A stretch of 64,000 nucleotides of DNA from Paraspadella gotoi (lineage: Eukaryota; Animalia; Chaetognatha). The stretch spans positions 2,081,574 through 2,145,573 of the forward strand of contig CM119268.1 of NCBI GenBank assembly GCA_051294375.1, in the 5' to 3' direction. How positions within the stretch are numbered: position 1 is the stretch's first letter; each line of letters starts with the position of its first letter. Below are positions 1-12,848 of the stretch, piece by piece. Both the position numbers and the translations under genes were made by a program. A model generated the notes under the pieces. The model ran no database searches, was not told the origin of the DNA, and saw only the letters and a program-made list of their open reading frames with translations.

Positions 1-53
1 TGACCGGACTTAAAAGAAGAGATTTATAGTTTATTTTCTTAAATCTCGATCAG

Positions 54-191
54 CAAATGCCTCGCGCCATCGACGACCCTATCTTGGCCTACACGGCGGA
101 CGGGGAGATCAACCAGATCCAGTGGGCGTCGACTCAGCCGGACTGGATCGCCATCTGTTACAACAAATCCCTCGAGATCCTTCGCGTTTGA
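54..191 (+). CDS. DCAF7: DDB1- and CUL4-associated factor 7 (WDR68), last coding exon only
   Basis: After acceptor cag (51-53) reads [45 protein letters not shown], near-identical to the conserved DCAF7/WDR68 C-terminus. Confidence 0.93.
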   Translation, partial: QMPRAIDDPILAYTADGEINQIQWASTQPDWIAICYNKSLEILRV

Positions 192-195
192 GAAA

Positions 196-197
<2 letters not shown>

Positions 198-247
<50 letters not shown>
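198..247. repeat. (CT)n microsatellite; similar tracts at ~954-1010, ~15857-15901, ~46940-47010, ~55887-55975, ~56103-56172
   Basis: Perfect or near-perfect CT/GA dinucleotide runs seen directly. Confidence 0.95.
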
Positions 248-250
<3 letters not shown>

Positions 251-827
251 CACGTCGATTTCTTTCCCATCGATGATATTCAATGTTCAATTGATCTATA
301 CAACGTTCATTTTGAATCTTCATTTGTGCATCTACTTTATTTTGATTCCATATTCCTCCGTCCCCTACATCGTTGACTCACTCGAGTCCGCCGCAATTAC
401 CCTCTTATTTTTTCGGTTTTGCCAAACTTTTAAAAGTTTTCATAATTCTAGGCTATTAAGTTATTGGTTTTGTGAAATTAGTTTTGTAGTTTTAGTAGAA
501 ACTTTAGGGATTTTTTTTTGTGTTTTTCGCGTTTCGGATGCTTTGTTTACGTAATGTTCATGGGTTCCTTCTCTTTTTATCCTCCCTTTTGCCCCTACTT
601 CCCCTCCTATCGAAAAAAAAAAATTATTTGTTCATTTTTAGTTTCATAATATCGTCATCGTTCTGTTATTAACTCGAACCAATATGTACGTATCATTTAG
701 TCCATCATCATCATCAAATGTTTCCGCATAATCATCTCTTCATTATCTCCCATAACATCGCCGCCCAAAAGCTTCCTTTCTTTATTCAGTTCTTTGTTTA
801 TTGTGGCTTAAACAATAAACAATAAAC

Positions 828-949
828 ATGTCCACGGCGCAAAGCAACGCCATAACTCTTAAAGGGTCGACGGACATTGTCGCCGAATTTTTCTACTATG
901 GAATTAACAGCATATTGTACCAGGTGAAACTTTAGAATTGTCAGTTTCT

Positions 950-1012
<63 letters not shown>

Positions 1013-1821
1013 CCTCCCTCTCCCTCCCCTCCCTACGAACGCAATCAAATTAATTACTCTCTCTTTCAGCGCGGCATATATCCAGCGGAGACATTTAGTC
1101 GCCAAGAAAAGTACGGCCTGACTCTGTTAGTGTCGACCGATGAACAACTCAAAGTTTACCTCGACGCCGTCACCGTTCAGCTCAAGGACTGGCTGCTCAA
1201 AAAGACCGTCCAACGGCTCGTCGTCGTCGTCAAGGTCTGCCTTTGATTTTTGGGGAAAGGAGGGAGAAGGAGGTGGAGGAGAAAGAGAAAGAAACATCTC
1301 TAATCTTTTGTCGATTCCCTCTCCAGTGCCTCGAGAGCAACGAGACTCTGGAGCGATGGCAGTTCGACGTCCACGTGGACAAGTCGATCACGACCGACTC
1401 CAAACCGAAGGAGAAGTCGCTCAAGGAAATCCGGAAGGACATCGGCGCCGTCATCCGGCAGATCACCGCGTCTGTCACATTCCTTCCCTTGTTGGATGTG
1501 AGCGGGGATCAAAAATAAAGATAGAAGTGGAACGGGAGGAAATTGACGAAATGAATTGAACAATATTAAATGTTAAAGCAATAAATGCTTGTAATGAACT
1601 CTCTTATTATTATTATTAAACGCTCCTCTTTATCCTTCTCCCTCCAGACCCCTTGCTCTTTCGATCTTCTCGTCTACACCGACAAGGACCTGGAGGTTCC
1701 TGAGACTTGGGATCTTTCGGACCCGCACTTTGTCCGAAACGCGTTGGAAGTGAAACTCAAGTCCTTTTCCACTTCTGTTCATCGCGTCGACGCCGCCGTT
1801 TCTTACAAAGACATCGACTGA
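828..1821 (+). CDS. MAD2L1: Mitotic spindle checkpoint protein MAD2 (HORMA domain), 4 exons
   Basis: MSTAQSNAITLKGSTDIVAEFFYYGINSILYQ|RGIYPAETF...KYGLTLLV...|...LERWQFDV...IRQITASVTFLPLLD|...SFDLLVYTDKD..VPETW...VKLKSFSTSVHRVDAAVSYK; GT-AG introns keep the frame. Confidence 0.96.
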
Positions 1822-2284
1822 CCGACCTAAATCGTCGACGGCCTTAAATAAATTACCGAATCCATTTCATAAAATATTTCCGCCTGTAACGGCTTCCCCA
1901 TCGCTCCGTACTCACTTTTTTTCGTTATGTTCTTTCTTAAACATTGTTGAAAAAGCTATGTTATACCTTTTTTTTTTACAATTAGCTCGTTGTTTTTACA
2001 GAAAAGATGAAAGGTCGTAGCTTAGGAATCGGCGACGGGTCTTGCGATAGAAGGACTTGACAACCTCCAGCCAAAGTTCGACTGAAGCAGAGAGAGAGAG
2101 AGACAGAGACACGAATATAAAGGAATGAATCCGGCCGAACGTCGTTTGGTCGACGCTTTTTCGGTTTCGAGGACAGCGGAGATTAGGACGGGAGCAGCCA
2201 GGGTTAAAAAAAAGTGACAGTGTCTGGACGGACGGACGGACGCAGCATGCGATTCGATGGGAAGGTTGCTTTGACGGATCCATC

Positions 2285-4007
<1,723 letters not shown>

Positions 4008-4099
4008 CACGGTGTTACAGCCTGACCCGAATCTCAGGGACTGCTTATATTGAACGGTCCTGTCACTAGCTCATAACAATTATTGCTGTCTCTTCACCT

Positions 4100-4865
4100 A
4101 CTTTTTTTTTAAAATTTGACTGATCCCCTTTTTTTTTTGACGAAAATAATTTTCCTCAACAATGTTATTTTTGTGAAATTTTTTCTCGATTAGGAACCAG
4201 CAGGATTCCATAAAGCGACCCGCCTGACTAAATGTTATCGCGCTTGTCAAGTTTCCACTTGCGTCATTCCCTGGCTTTACTTCATTCGCCGCATCGAATT
4301 TCAAGAGATCTCTTTTCATTTTTATCATTTTCTTATAGAATGTATTAATTCTAATGTCGAAGCGCTTATCACTTGTGATTTCTAACCGAGTTTATTTTCA
4401 ACTCATTTATTAATTCTCTTGGACTGAGAGGAATTTTTTAAACCAAATTGAAAAAAAAATACTAATGAAGCAATTTAACAGCAAGTTTTCCAACATTAAT
4501 AAATCACCAAAAATCTTTACAATATTAGAAATAATTGATCGCTATTGTCGCCTTGAATTTATGTCACACTCTAGTCCACACATCGGCATTGTCAAAGAAT
4601 AAAGAACTACATAGTACGAGTATAGATTGTAATTGATTATCCGCATACCGCAGTCGATTTTTAGCAGCGAGCGACTCTTGAGTTAGATCTTTCTCCTGTG
4701 ACAAATAAGACAAAGGTAAGAATAAGAAAATCTCTTCGACAGGGGCGGAGGGGCGGCCCAAAACAAAAGCTCCATTTCCCAATGTCACCTCCTGAAATCT
4801 TCCCCGCGTCTCCAATGGTGACGTGGAAACGGCGTTAATGGAATCATCTCGCGGCTCCGTTGACT
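4100..4865 (-). other. Possible exons of an unidentified gene on the minus strand
   Basis: Splice-site-bounded segments such as cag|GAGAAAGATCTAACTCAAGAG...CTGCG|gt (EKDLTQESLAAKNRLR); no family recognised. Confidence 0.2.
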
Positions 4866-4892
4866 GAAAATTGTTTAAGGAGGTGCTCCATT

Positions 4893-5221
4893 AGGTTTAA
4901 TAAAATAGTATTCAATAGATTCATTGAGGTTTAATAAAATAGCATTCAATAGATTCATTGAGGTTTAATAAAATAGCATTCAATAGATTCATTGAGGTTT
5001 AATAAAATAGTATTCAATAGATTCATTGAGGTTTAATAAAATAGTATTCAATAGATTCATTGAGGTTTAATAGAATAGTATTCAATAGATTCATTGAGGT
5101 TTAATAAAATAGCATTCAATAGATTCATTGAGGTTTAATAAAATAGTATTCAATAGATTCATTGAGGTTTAATAAAATAGTATTCAATAGATTCATTGAG
5201 GTTTAATAAAATAGTATTCAA
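4893..5221. repeat. Minisatellite, 34-bp unit, about 9.7 copies
   Basis: Unit AGGTTTAATAAAATAG(T/C)ATTCAATAGATTCATTG starts at 4893, 4927, 4961 ... 5199, head-to-tail with no spacers. Confidence 0.95.
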
Positions 5222-5669
5222 GTTAGGCAAAAGTCGGAAATATCTTCATTAGTTAAGTTTCGTGCTCATTCAAAACAATTTGTTAGTAGCTTTTAATACA
5301 AAGATCGAAAAAAAAATGAACACAAATACAAGTGGGATATAAAAAAGTTATTGAAAATATTTTGTTTTAAATATAATTTTTATTTTTAAAATGAATATGC
5401 TAAATACTAACAGCAAATAAAGTATTGTTGAGATCTACAAAGGTTGTATTATAGATAAATATAAAAAATATTATTATAATACAATAATTGTTTTCTAATA
5501 AGTGTCATTAAAAATAAGAACGATCGAACGATCAAACGCGGAGATGAAAGTCAATTTCTTTTGACCAGGAGGCAAAAGAGCATCTGAGTCGTCAGGACTT
5601 TACTTGATCTTTATTGACAAGCGTCCTTGCATTTACCTTCCAACTGAGTTTTTAGTCACCCTCGAACGA

Positions 5670-5705
<36 letters not shown>

Positions 5706-5953
5706 TTTCCATTCAGAAAAAGCGAAATTTTTAGATATATTACCCTTTTCCCCTCAATTTTTATATTTACGCGATCAAATATTGGGTGAAAGTTCGGGCG
5801 TCTTATTTTCCCGCACGATATTTTTTGTCATAAGCGTAACTCAACTTTTCCGTCATCAGCTTACAGACATTGTTCCGCTCTCTAGTTTTTTTTTCTTCCG
5901 TAAATGGGAATTGATTGACGATCGATATTATCACTGAAAATCATTTCGGAATT

Positions 5954-7855
5954 ATGTCGACCAACCCTCCACCTTCACCACACCAGTTCGTCTCCGTCAA
6001 TTTGCCCTCGGAATCCGGCGCTTCCGCCCAAAATCCCTCCGGATCCGCGACCTCGACCAGTCAGTCTGCAAATTTAATCCGCCCAGGTGAAGGAAACGTC
6101 TTTGGAATTTGACGATTCGGTAATAAATAGTTGCCTCCTTACCTATCAGCACTTCCCCAAAAAAGACAAAGAAAAGATCTCCCCTACGCCAGTCCGGATA
6201 TATGGATGCAAAGGATAAAGCGGGATCTATCGGGTAAATTATTTCAAGCTTGGCAAGCTAATAGTTAATAATCATTATATTTTTCATTTTGTCTTCCAGA
6301 ATTCTTCAGCGATCCTCCGGATGGAATTTTTGTATTGACTCGTGACGCGGACATTACAAAAATCGACGCCGTCATCGTGGGTCCCTCCGAAACGCCCTAC
6401 CAGGGCGGCTTCTTCCATTTTTTTCTCGAGTTCCCCAGGGATTACCCGTGGAACCCGCCCTTAGTTCGATTAATGACCACCGGAAACGGGAAGGTCGGTC
6501 TTTTATGATCAAATGTGTTATTTTTGGAGGAAAAAAAATTATTAATATAATTACATTAATTTTCGAAGGTGCGGTTCAACCCCAATTTTTATAATTCTGG
6601 CAAAGTCTGCCTGTCGATTCTCGGGACTTGGGAAGGTCCGCGGTGGACACCCTCTCTGACAATATCGAGTCTGCTTTGCACTATTCGATCAATAATGACG
6701 AATAAGCCCCACACTAATGAACCCGGCTATGAGACAGTTCCAGGTATTTGTGTTGATTACATGCATCGTCTGCATCGTGGGACGACAAAACTCTCAGTAA
6801 TTCTAAATTGACTTTCTTTTCGTCGCCGGGTTAAAAAAGAAACGGATATGAGAGTGAGGGATTACGACAAGATCATCACGCACGAGACGCTCAGAGTCGC
6901 GGTTTGCGACATGTTGGACGGCATAGCACCCTGCCCCTCACAACTTGTCAAGGATGTCCTCGAAAAGGAATTCTTGAAACATTTCGAGTATTATGCCAAT
7001 GCAGGTAAGGGAGGTAAAAATTTTTTTTTTTCTTAATGTGGACGAACATATAGAACAAGCAACCTCGGTCAAACCTTAACAACCTGACCTCGCTCTGTTT
7101 CCCCCACACGGTTCTTTTTNNNNNNNNNNTAAAAAGAACCGTGCCCAGTTTGTGGTCAAAACGTTGACCTTTGTAAATACCATTGTAATAGACTTAGCGT
7201 CTGAGCATTTTGACTGTTATTGTTTATAACCTTGTTGAAGAATAATTTATTCTATATGTTCGTCCACAGGGGGGGGATTTTATGAATCATATCAAAATTT
7301 TACTTTCGCCGACCGGATTTTGAACAACCATCTCTCATTAAAATCAATGTCTCTCATCAGCCGAGAAGTTGAAATCAATGGACAAGACGAACATGCTAGA
7401 TTTTCTCGGCGGCTGCTCGGGATCATACGACTTCACCGAAATCTTGTGTCGACTAAAACGAATTGAACGGCGATTGCTCTCGTCCACCGCCAGTGGAGAC
7501 ACCAACCCCGATGCGCAGGTCATCGGCGCCTCAACTAACGAATACAGGTGGGAGCTACGTTTCCCTTTTTAGATATATATATTATATATATATATATAAT
7601 CGAAATCCGTTGATCTCCCCACCGTCACCCATTCATCTCTCCTTAAGCTCGGTTCATCAAAAGCTCGCCAATAAAGCAGGTGTCGCTTGGAACAGTAAAG
7701 ATGAGGAGGAGACGGAAGATACTCGAGACGATGTCGACGAAGAGTTGAATCTGACTATCCTCTCCGACGACGAACCTTATGAGAGTTACGAAGAGGAAGA
7801 AGACGATGACGAAGAAGAAGAAAAGCCGAAGAAAGATGGAAAGAAGGAGACATAG
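5954..7855 (+). CDS. UBE2Z: Ubiquitin-conjugating enzyme E2 Z (USE1)-like, multi-exon, acidic C-tail
   Basis: RIKRDL..., [16 protein letters not shown]...[47 protein letters not shown] (active-site Cys), [20 protein letters not shown]. Confidence 0.9.
7037..7268. mobile_element. Intronic MITE-like element with 19-bp terminal inverted repeats, spanning an N-gap (7120-7129)
   Basis: TGTGGACGAACATATAGAA (7037-7055) is the exact reverse complement of TTCTATATGTTCGTCCACA (7250-7268). An inner inverted pair (cacggttcttttt / aaaaagaaccgtg) flanks the gap. Confidence 0.6.
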
Positions 7856-8738
7856 GGCGCTGAGTCCAACGCTTCGACTACCTGACAAAAGATTATCTCG
7901 TCTACTTTTTACAATATTTTATCCGTTTTATCTTTTCCGTAATTCCCAAATCGTGGAGATGTTTATATTGCGTAGCATATTTGTGATGCGAGTAAAAATA
8001 GTATTAAATAGTATTAAATTCAGAAGATCTCGGAATCGTTGGGATCTTAGTCATTTGTCAACTCGCCTTTTATTGCGTCTGTCGCTTTTAATTGTGTCAA
8101 AAGAAGACTGCGCCCTCGGTGGCGTGATCACTGATCACCCTTTGCTCTAAATTCCCTTCTAATTTGAAGTAAACTATTTTTTAACTGAAATGTTCCTTAT
8201 CCGATTTTTACTTGGTTTCGTATGTCTTTGTATTATTAGATTTTAAAATAATGAAAACTTCGTCCATTGTCTGCAACCAAGAACCAAGCAGCTGAAAAAA
8301 AAAAACTTGCGAACAACAGCTAACAATCAATCATTATTGATCTAGGACAGCTAAATCCAGTCAGGCAGACAATCTAACAGACTCATATTGAAATATGCTC
8401 AGGAGCTCGTCCAGTTAAAAAGTAGTTTAGTGGTTATACCAGCGGTAAAAACCTGTAATCCTTTGGAACGTCAAACATAAACTAAAGAAAATTTGTGGAA
8501 AACAGAAAACCTTTTGATTGTTGATCGACTGCTCAAGTTATTTCTGGAGACAGTTAAGGTGATATGTCAAAATATTTTACCCAATAAAGAATTATGCCAA
8601 ATAGTTCATATTTCCATGTTTTATAATCAATAAGGCTTCCTTTCCTGGCAGCTCAAAATTTAGTTTCGTACTTAGCTTAACAAATCTTCTTATAATTTAA
8701 AAATAAAATCTATTTCGGTTTTCTTTTTTCTTCATAAA

Positions 8739-11700
8739 CTATTCAACCTTGGTTTGGTTTTGCCGCTCTGTCGCCGAGGATAATTCCAGTTGGTGGCTCT
8801 TTCCTCGTGATCTGGCGGCTCTTCCGGAATCTGTCATTGAGGGTTTCTCGATCATAGTTTTTAAATTTTCTGGTTGAGATTATCTATAAATGAATCTAAT
8901 GCACCTGAAATTCGTCTTTAACTTCGCGAGTCGGTTCTTGATCCAAACTCCCGTGTGGAGAGTTTTGCTTAAAAGTAAAAGGTCAAATATTTGTTCAATG
9001 GACTCCTGTCATCTCTAATTAGCCCCTTTTGTCAATATACCGTCCGAATCATCCCCATCACTCACCTTTTCCGATCTTTGCGAAAGGCGAACAGGTTCTT
9101 GCGGTTCAATCTGCGCCGAAAGGTGAGGTGGTGAAGTCGCCTCCGCCGCCTCTTGCGAGTGACGCGGCGACGTATGTTGTTCCTGCGGCGGCGACGCTAA
9201 CGACGGGTTCGGCTGATCCTGCGGCACGGACAAATTGTAGCTGGCCCGATGTTGCGGCGGCGATGCAGCATGACCTTGATACGGCGGCGATGCAGCATGA
9301 CCTTGATGCGGCGGCGATGCAGCATGACCTTGATACGGCGGCGATGCAGCATGACCTTGATGTGGCGGTGAAGCAGCATAACCTTGATGCGGTGGTGATG
9401 CAACTTGACCTTGATGAGGCGGCGAGGCAACATGACCCTTATGCGGCGGCGATGCAGCTTGACCATGGTGTGGCGGCGAGGCGGCATGACTGTGATGAGG
9501 CGGTGGCACTGTGTGACCTTGAGGTGGTGGCGCAGTGTGACTTTGAAGAAGCGGTGGCGCTGCGTGACCTTGATGCGGCGGCGATGCAACGTGACCTTGC
9601 TGCGAGGCCCGAACGCGATTTGTTAGTGGGGCAGAAGGCGGTTCATGATATTGTGACGCCAGGTGCCCTGTATATTGGGGCGCTGACGAAATGGTGTCGG
9701 CATGAGAGGTCTGTGGCGCCGTGCGGTCCTGATGCTGTCGCGGTGTTTGGGTGATCGGCGGCGGCGCTTGACGCAGAGTCGAGTTTCGCGGCGATGGTCG
9801 TTGAAGGCGTTTCGGAGTGGTGACATCTCTGGATAGTGGAGAGAGAAAAGAAAGGTTGATAGGACACCAATTAGTTAATATCCCAGTCTCGTACCGGTCT
9901 CGAACACCGTGCCCTCCGCGTGCCGTTGGTCCCAGTCTCTCTGCCGCCGCTTCGGCTCGCACCCGCCGCTCGAGCCTCACCACTGCTGGGTCCGTCGAGT
10001 CTGCCCGCCCGCGCCGCAACCACGCCAGCCGCCGCTCTTCGTCGTCGGCGCAGGGTCGGTACCCGAGGCTGCAATGGTCGTTGCAATTCTCCTGGCCCGG
10101 AAAGAGGCTGGTCCCGGCGCCGCAGTCCCCGTCTTCGCAGGTGCACTCGGCGGAGATGCCGTCGCAGGTGCATTGCGGATACGCGGAGGTGACGAGGCGA
10201 TAGTCGCGTCGACGACTCTCGTCGGCCAAAACCTCGCGCGCGCTTTGGAGGTTAACCTGCAGCATCGACAGTTCCTTCTGCGTCTGTTCGAACGTCCCTG
10301 GAGCATTGACAATAGTCAATTTTCTCCCAAATTTTACGAAACACCAAATAAAAGAGGCGGACCTTTGAGGTTGTGCAATTCGCTCTCAGCCCTCTCTTGC
10401 TTCGACCTTTGCAGCTCGAGCAGCTGGTCTTTTCGCTTCTCTCTGAGTGCCATGGATTAAACAATCAGATTATTGCTATTGTATTATATTTTGGTAGTTC
10501 AACGTTTTTACCGGCTGGGTACAAAAATATTTTCTATCTTACAATAGGATTCATTCAATCTGTTTACATAATGATTATTGAGTCTGTCAATCAAATTTCT
10601 ATTTTTTCGAGTTTCTCTTTTCTCTGCGACTGGATTGAAAGAGTTTCGAAGATCGAGACCTTTCGAGGGACATTTCGTAGTCTCGACAACTCGTCTGCAG
10701 CTGATCCTTGCATTTGTCGAAGGCGAGACACACTTCCTTATGGGCTTCGAGGAGCGAGGTGTAGTCCGTGGAGAGCTTCTGATAGTCGCGGGCTCCGTCG
10801 CAGTGTTTCGACCTAGGAAGGTAATTGTATGGATTACGATCGTCATAACTGAGTTTGAAAGAGCGCGAGGGAAAAGTGAGAAAATAACCAGGCAGGTGAC
10901 TAGTAAAGACTTACTAGGAGTTTGAGCGCTGTTAATTTTTATCTTTATTCCTTTATTTCATTTTTTCCTTATTCAGTTATTGCCTTACTCTTATTTATTT
11001 CTCAGAGACCTCGAGTTAGATTTATCCTAACAGCCAGTGATTTTCTTTTTTTTTTCTTTTTCTTTTTTCTTTTTTTCTCTCTAACTTTCTATCTTTCGTT
11101 GGTTTTTTAATCTGTTTTTGTTTTTACACTTTCCCCAAGTTCCACCTGATAATACTTAAGAGCCTCTCTTCTTTTCTCTCTCTCTTTTCACACACCCGCT
11201 AAGGCATATACTAATTCTTACTTCCACTCGCAGCACTTCTTGTGCAGATCGTTTTCCGCCGCTCTGCTCTCTTTCAGCTGAATCTCCGCTTTTTTGTTCT
11301 TCGCCTCCAGCTCGGAAATTTCCGTCGTTTTTTGTATTAATTCTTGATCCTTTAATCTGGTTTTTAGCGCAGAACCATTGGTCAGCTAAGTTTATTATAA
11401 TTTACATTTTACAAATACAATAATTGATCCACAATTTTTTATAGTTCTGTCATTTCATTTTAATTCATTCTTCTAACCATCCCCGAATCGAAATAATTTC
11501 AAAAAGCGACAGAGCTCACCTCAAGTGCGTGATGTGCTCTTGTTCTTTTCCTTGCAACGTCCCGATGGCGATGCTAGAATCTTTGAGACTTAGACACAAC
11601 GAGGCGTTCTTATTCTCCGTGTCGTCCAACTTAAAAAAGATGACATTGCCGACACACAATTCCAATTCCAAATGACTAAGCCGTCAAACGCTACTCCCAA

Positions 11701-12848
11701 ATGTGACTCTCTGGTTCGATCCCGAATCTCTCCCACCCCACGGGTCAACGTATAAACGTCAGCGGGCTGAGGTACCCACTGAGGGTCGGAAGCCCGTAGG
11801 CCAGTAAGTGAAATGCATCACAGGCGATCTCTGCCGTTGCGGAAAGGTTTAAGTAAAATTTTCAGAAAAAAAGCGCAACTAGCGGTTTCGATGTTATCAC
11901 CGTTTTCCTCAAATTGTCGTTGGATTTTGATATGTCCTTGATTTTGTGGTTTGCCTCGTCCAGACAGTTCTGAGGGGGAAAAATTGAATCTATGTTCTAG
12001 AGAAATTACAGTCTTCTGAGACTTGTACCTCATTTTGCCCTTGACACTTCCTATTTTTTCTCTTCATTATGTTCATTAATAGTTATCTACATTGATCATC
12101 CTCATCATCCCACCTGCAAATGCGTGTTCTCCTTCTCTAGCGTCATGCACTCTTGCGTCAAAGACCCAAGCCTTTGCGACATGACCTCCAAGTCGTCTTC
12201 CTGCTGAGCGCATCTGTTCTCTACGTTCATCAGTTTTTGCTGTGTCGCTTCAAAGGCCGCGCTTTGCTTTTGATGCGTCTCCAGCAAAACGTTTAGTTCG
12301 CGGTCTCGATCCTGAACATGATCTTGAGCCATCGATCATCGTCATCATAATCATCTTAATGAAACGCTTGATTTGGAAAATCTGTCATCACTCACCAGTG
12401 ATCATTGAACAACCACCTGTCTTCTCTCCTTTCCACTATCGATATTCTCCCACGGATCACCCTAATGACCTGCAACTCCTCGATGAGCAGACCCAGCTCC
12501 CTCCTCTGTTTGTGGATAGTGGAGTTTTCTAGTTCTGAGGCGGCGCAGTCGATATCGCGGTTAACGACGTCGTCGCAGTGGAAGCCCATCGGGGAGGGCG
12601 GAGGGTAGTAGTTCCGCCCGACCTCGCCGCAAGGACCGTGGCCCAATTCGGCGCAGCTCTGGACAAAATAAAAGAACAACGAACGCTTTCCGGCGAGAGA
12701 GCCTTAAGACTTAACCAATAATGATAATCACTTGGGTGGAAATTCTATTGAAAAAAAAGTCACTAAATTTCTTGTTTCTTTGTCATCGCTCAGATCAAAT
12801 CATTTATACCCCGCATCCAAAGTCGTTTCCTCCTCCGTAATCGCACAT
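8739..12848 (-). CDS. CCDC62: CCDC62-like coiled-coil protein with a Pro/His-rich tandem-repeat C-terminal half
   Basis: Exons read ...LENSTIHKQRRELGLLIEELQ|..DRDRELNVLLETHQKQ..., ...RLKDQELIQ..., ERKDQLLELQRSKQERAESELHNLK, matching CCDC62 coiled-coil motifs. Start (MCDYGGGNDFGCG) and end inferred from splice phases. Confidence 0.75.
9253..9605 (-). repeat. Coding tandem repeat, 27-bp / 9-aa unit (QGHAASPP[H/Y]), about 13 copies
   Basis: Plus-strand unit gcggcggcgatgcagcatgaccttgat repeated; translation visible in ORF 9015..10319. Confidence 0.92.
11668..11852 (+). mobile_element. Probable tRNA-derived SINE (family B) in a CCDC62 intron
   Basis: Degenerate A-box region CCAAATGACTAAGCCG, then B-box GGTTCGATCCC (~11713-11723) and a GC-rich body; no acceptor stem closing a full tRNA. 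Only one copy in the window. Confidence 0.5.

Noticed and set aside
122-376. ORFs with SLSLSL, ERERER or poly-His/Asp/Met runs (here and at ~938, 15684, 46765, 53101, 58861)
   Set aside because: Translations of CT/GA and CAT microsatellites in introns or UTRs.
4893-5221. 34-bp repeats as a CRISPR array
   Set aside because: Units are contiguous with no unique spacers, there are no cas genes, and the context is eukaryotic.
9029-9754. 241-aa plus-strand ORF with AAAMQHDLD repeats
   Set aside because: Antisense shadow of the 27-bp coding repeat in the CCDC62-like exon; no independent support.
11775-11805. GGGTCGGAAGCCCG as a twister ribozyme P4 element
   Set aside because: Lacks the conserved UAA cleavage-site strand and pseudoknot partners.
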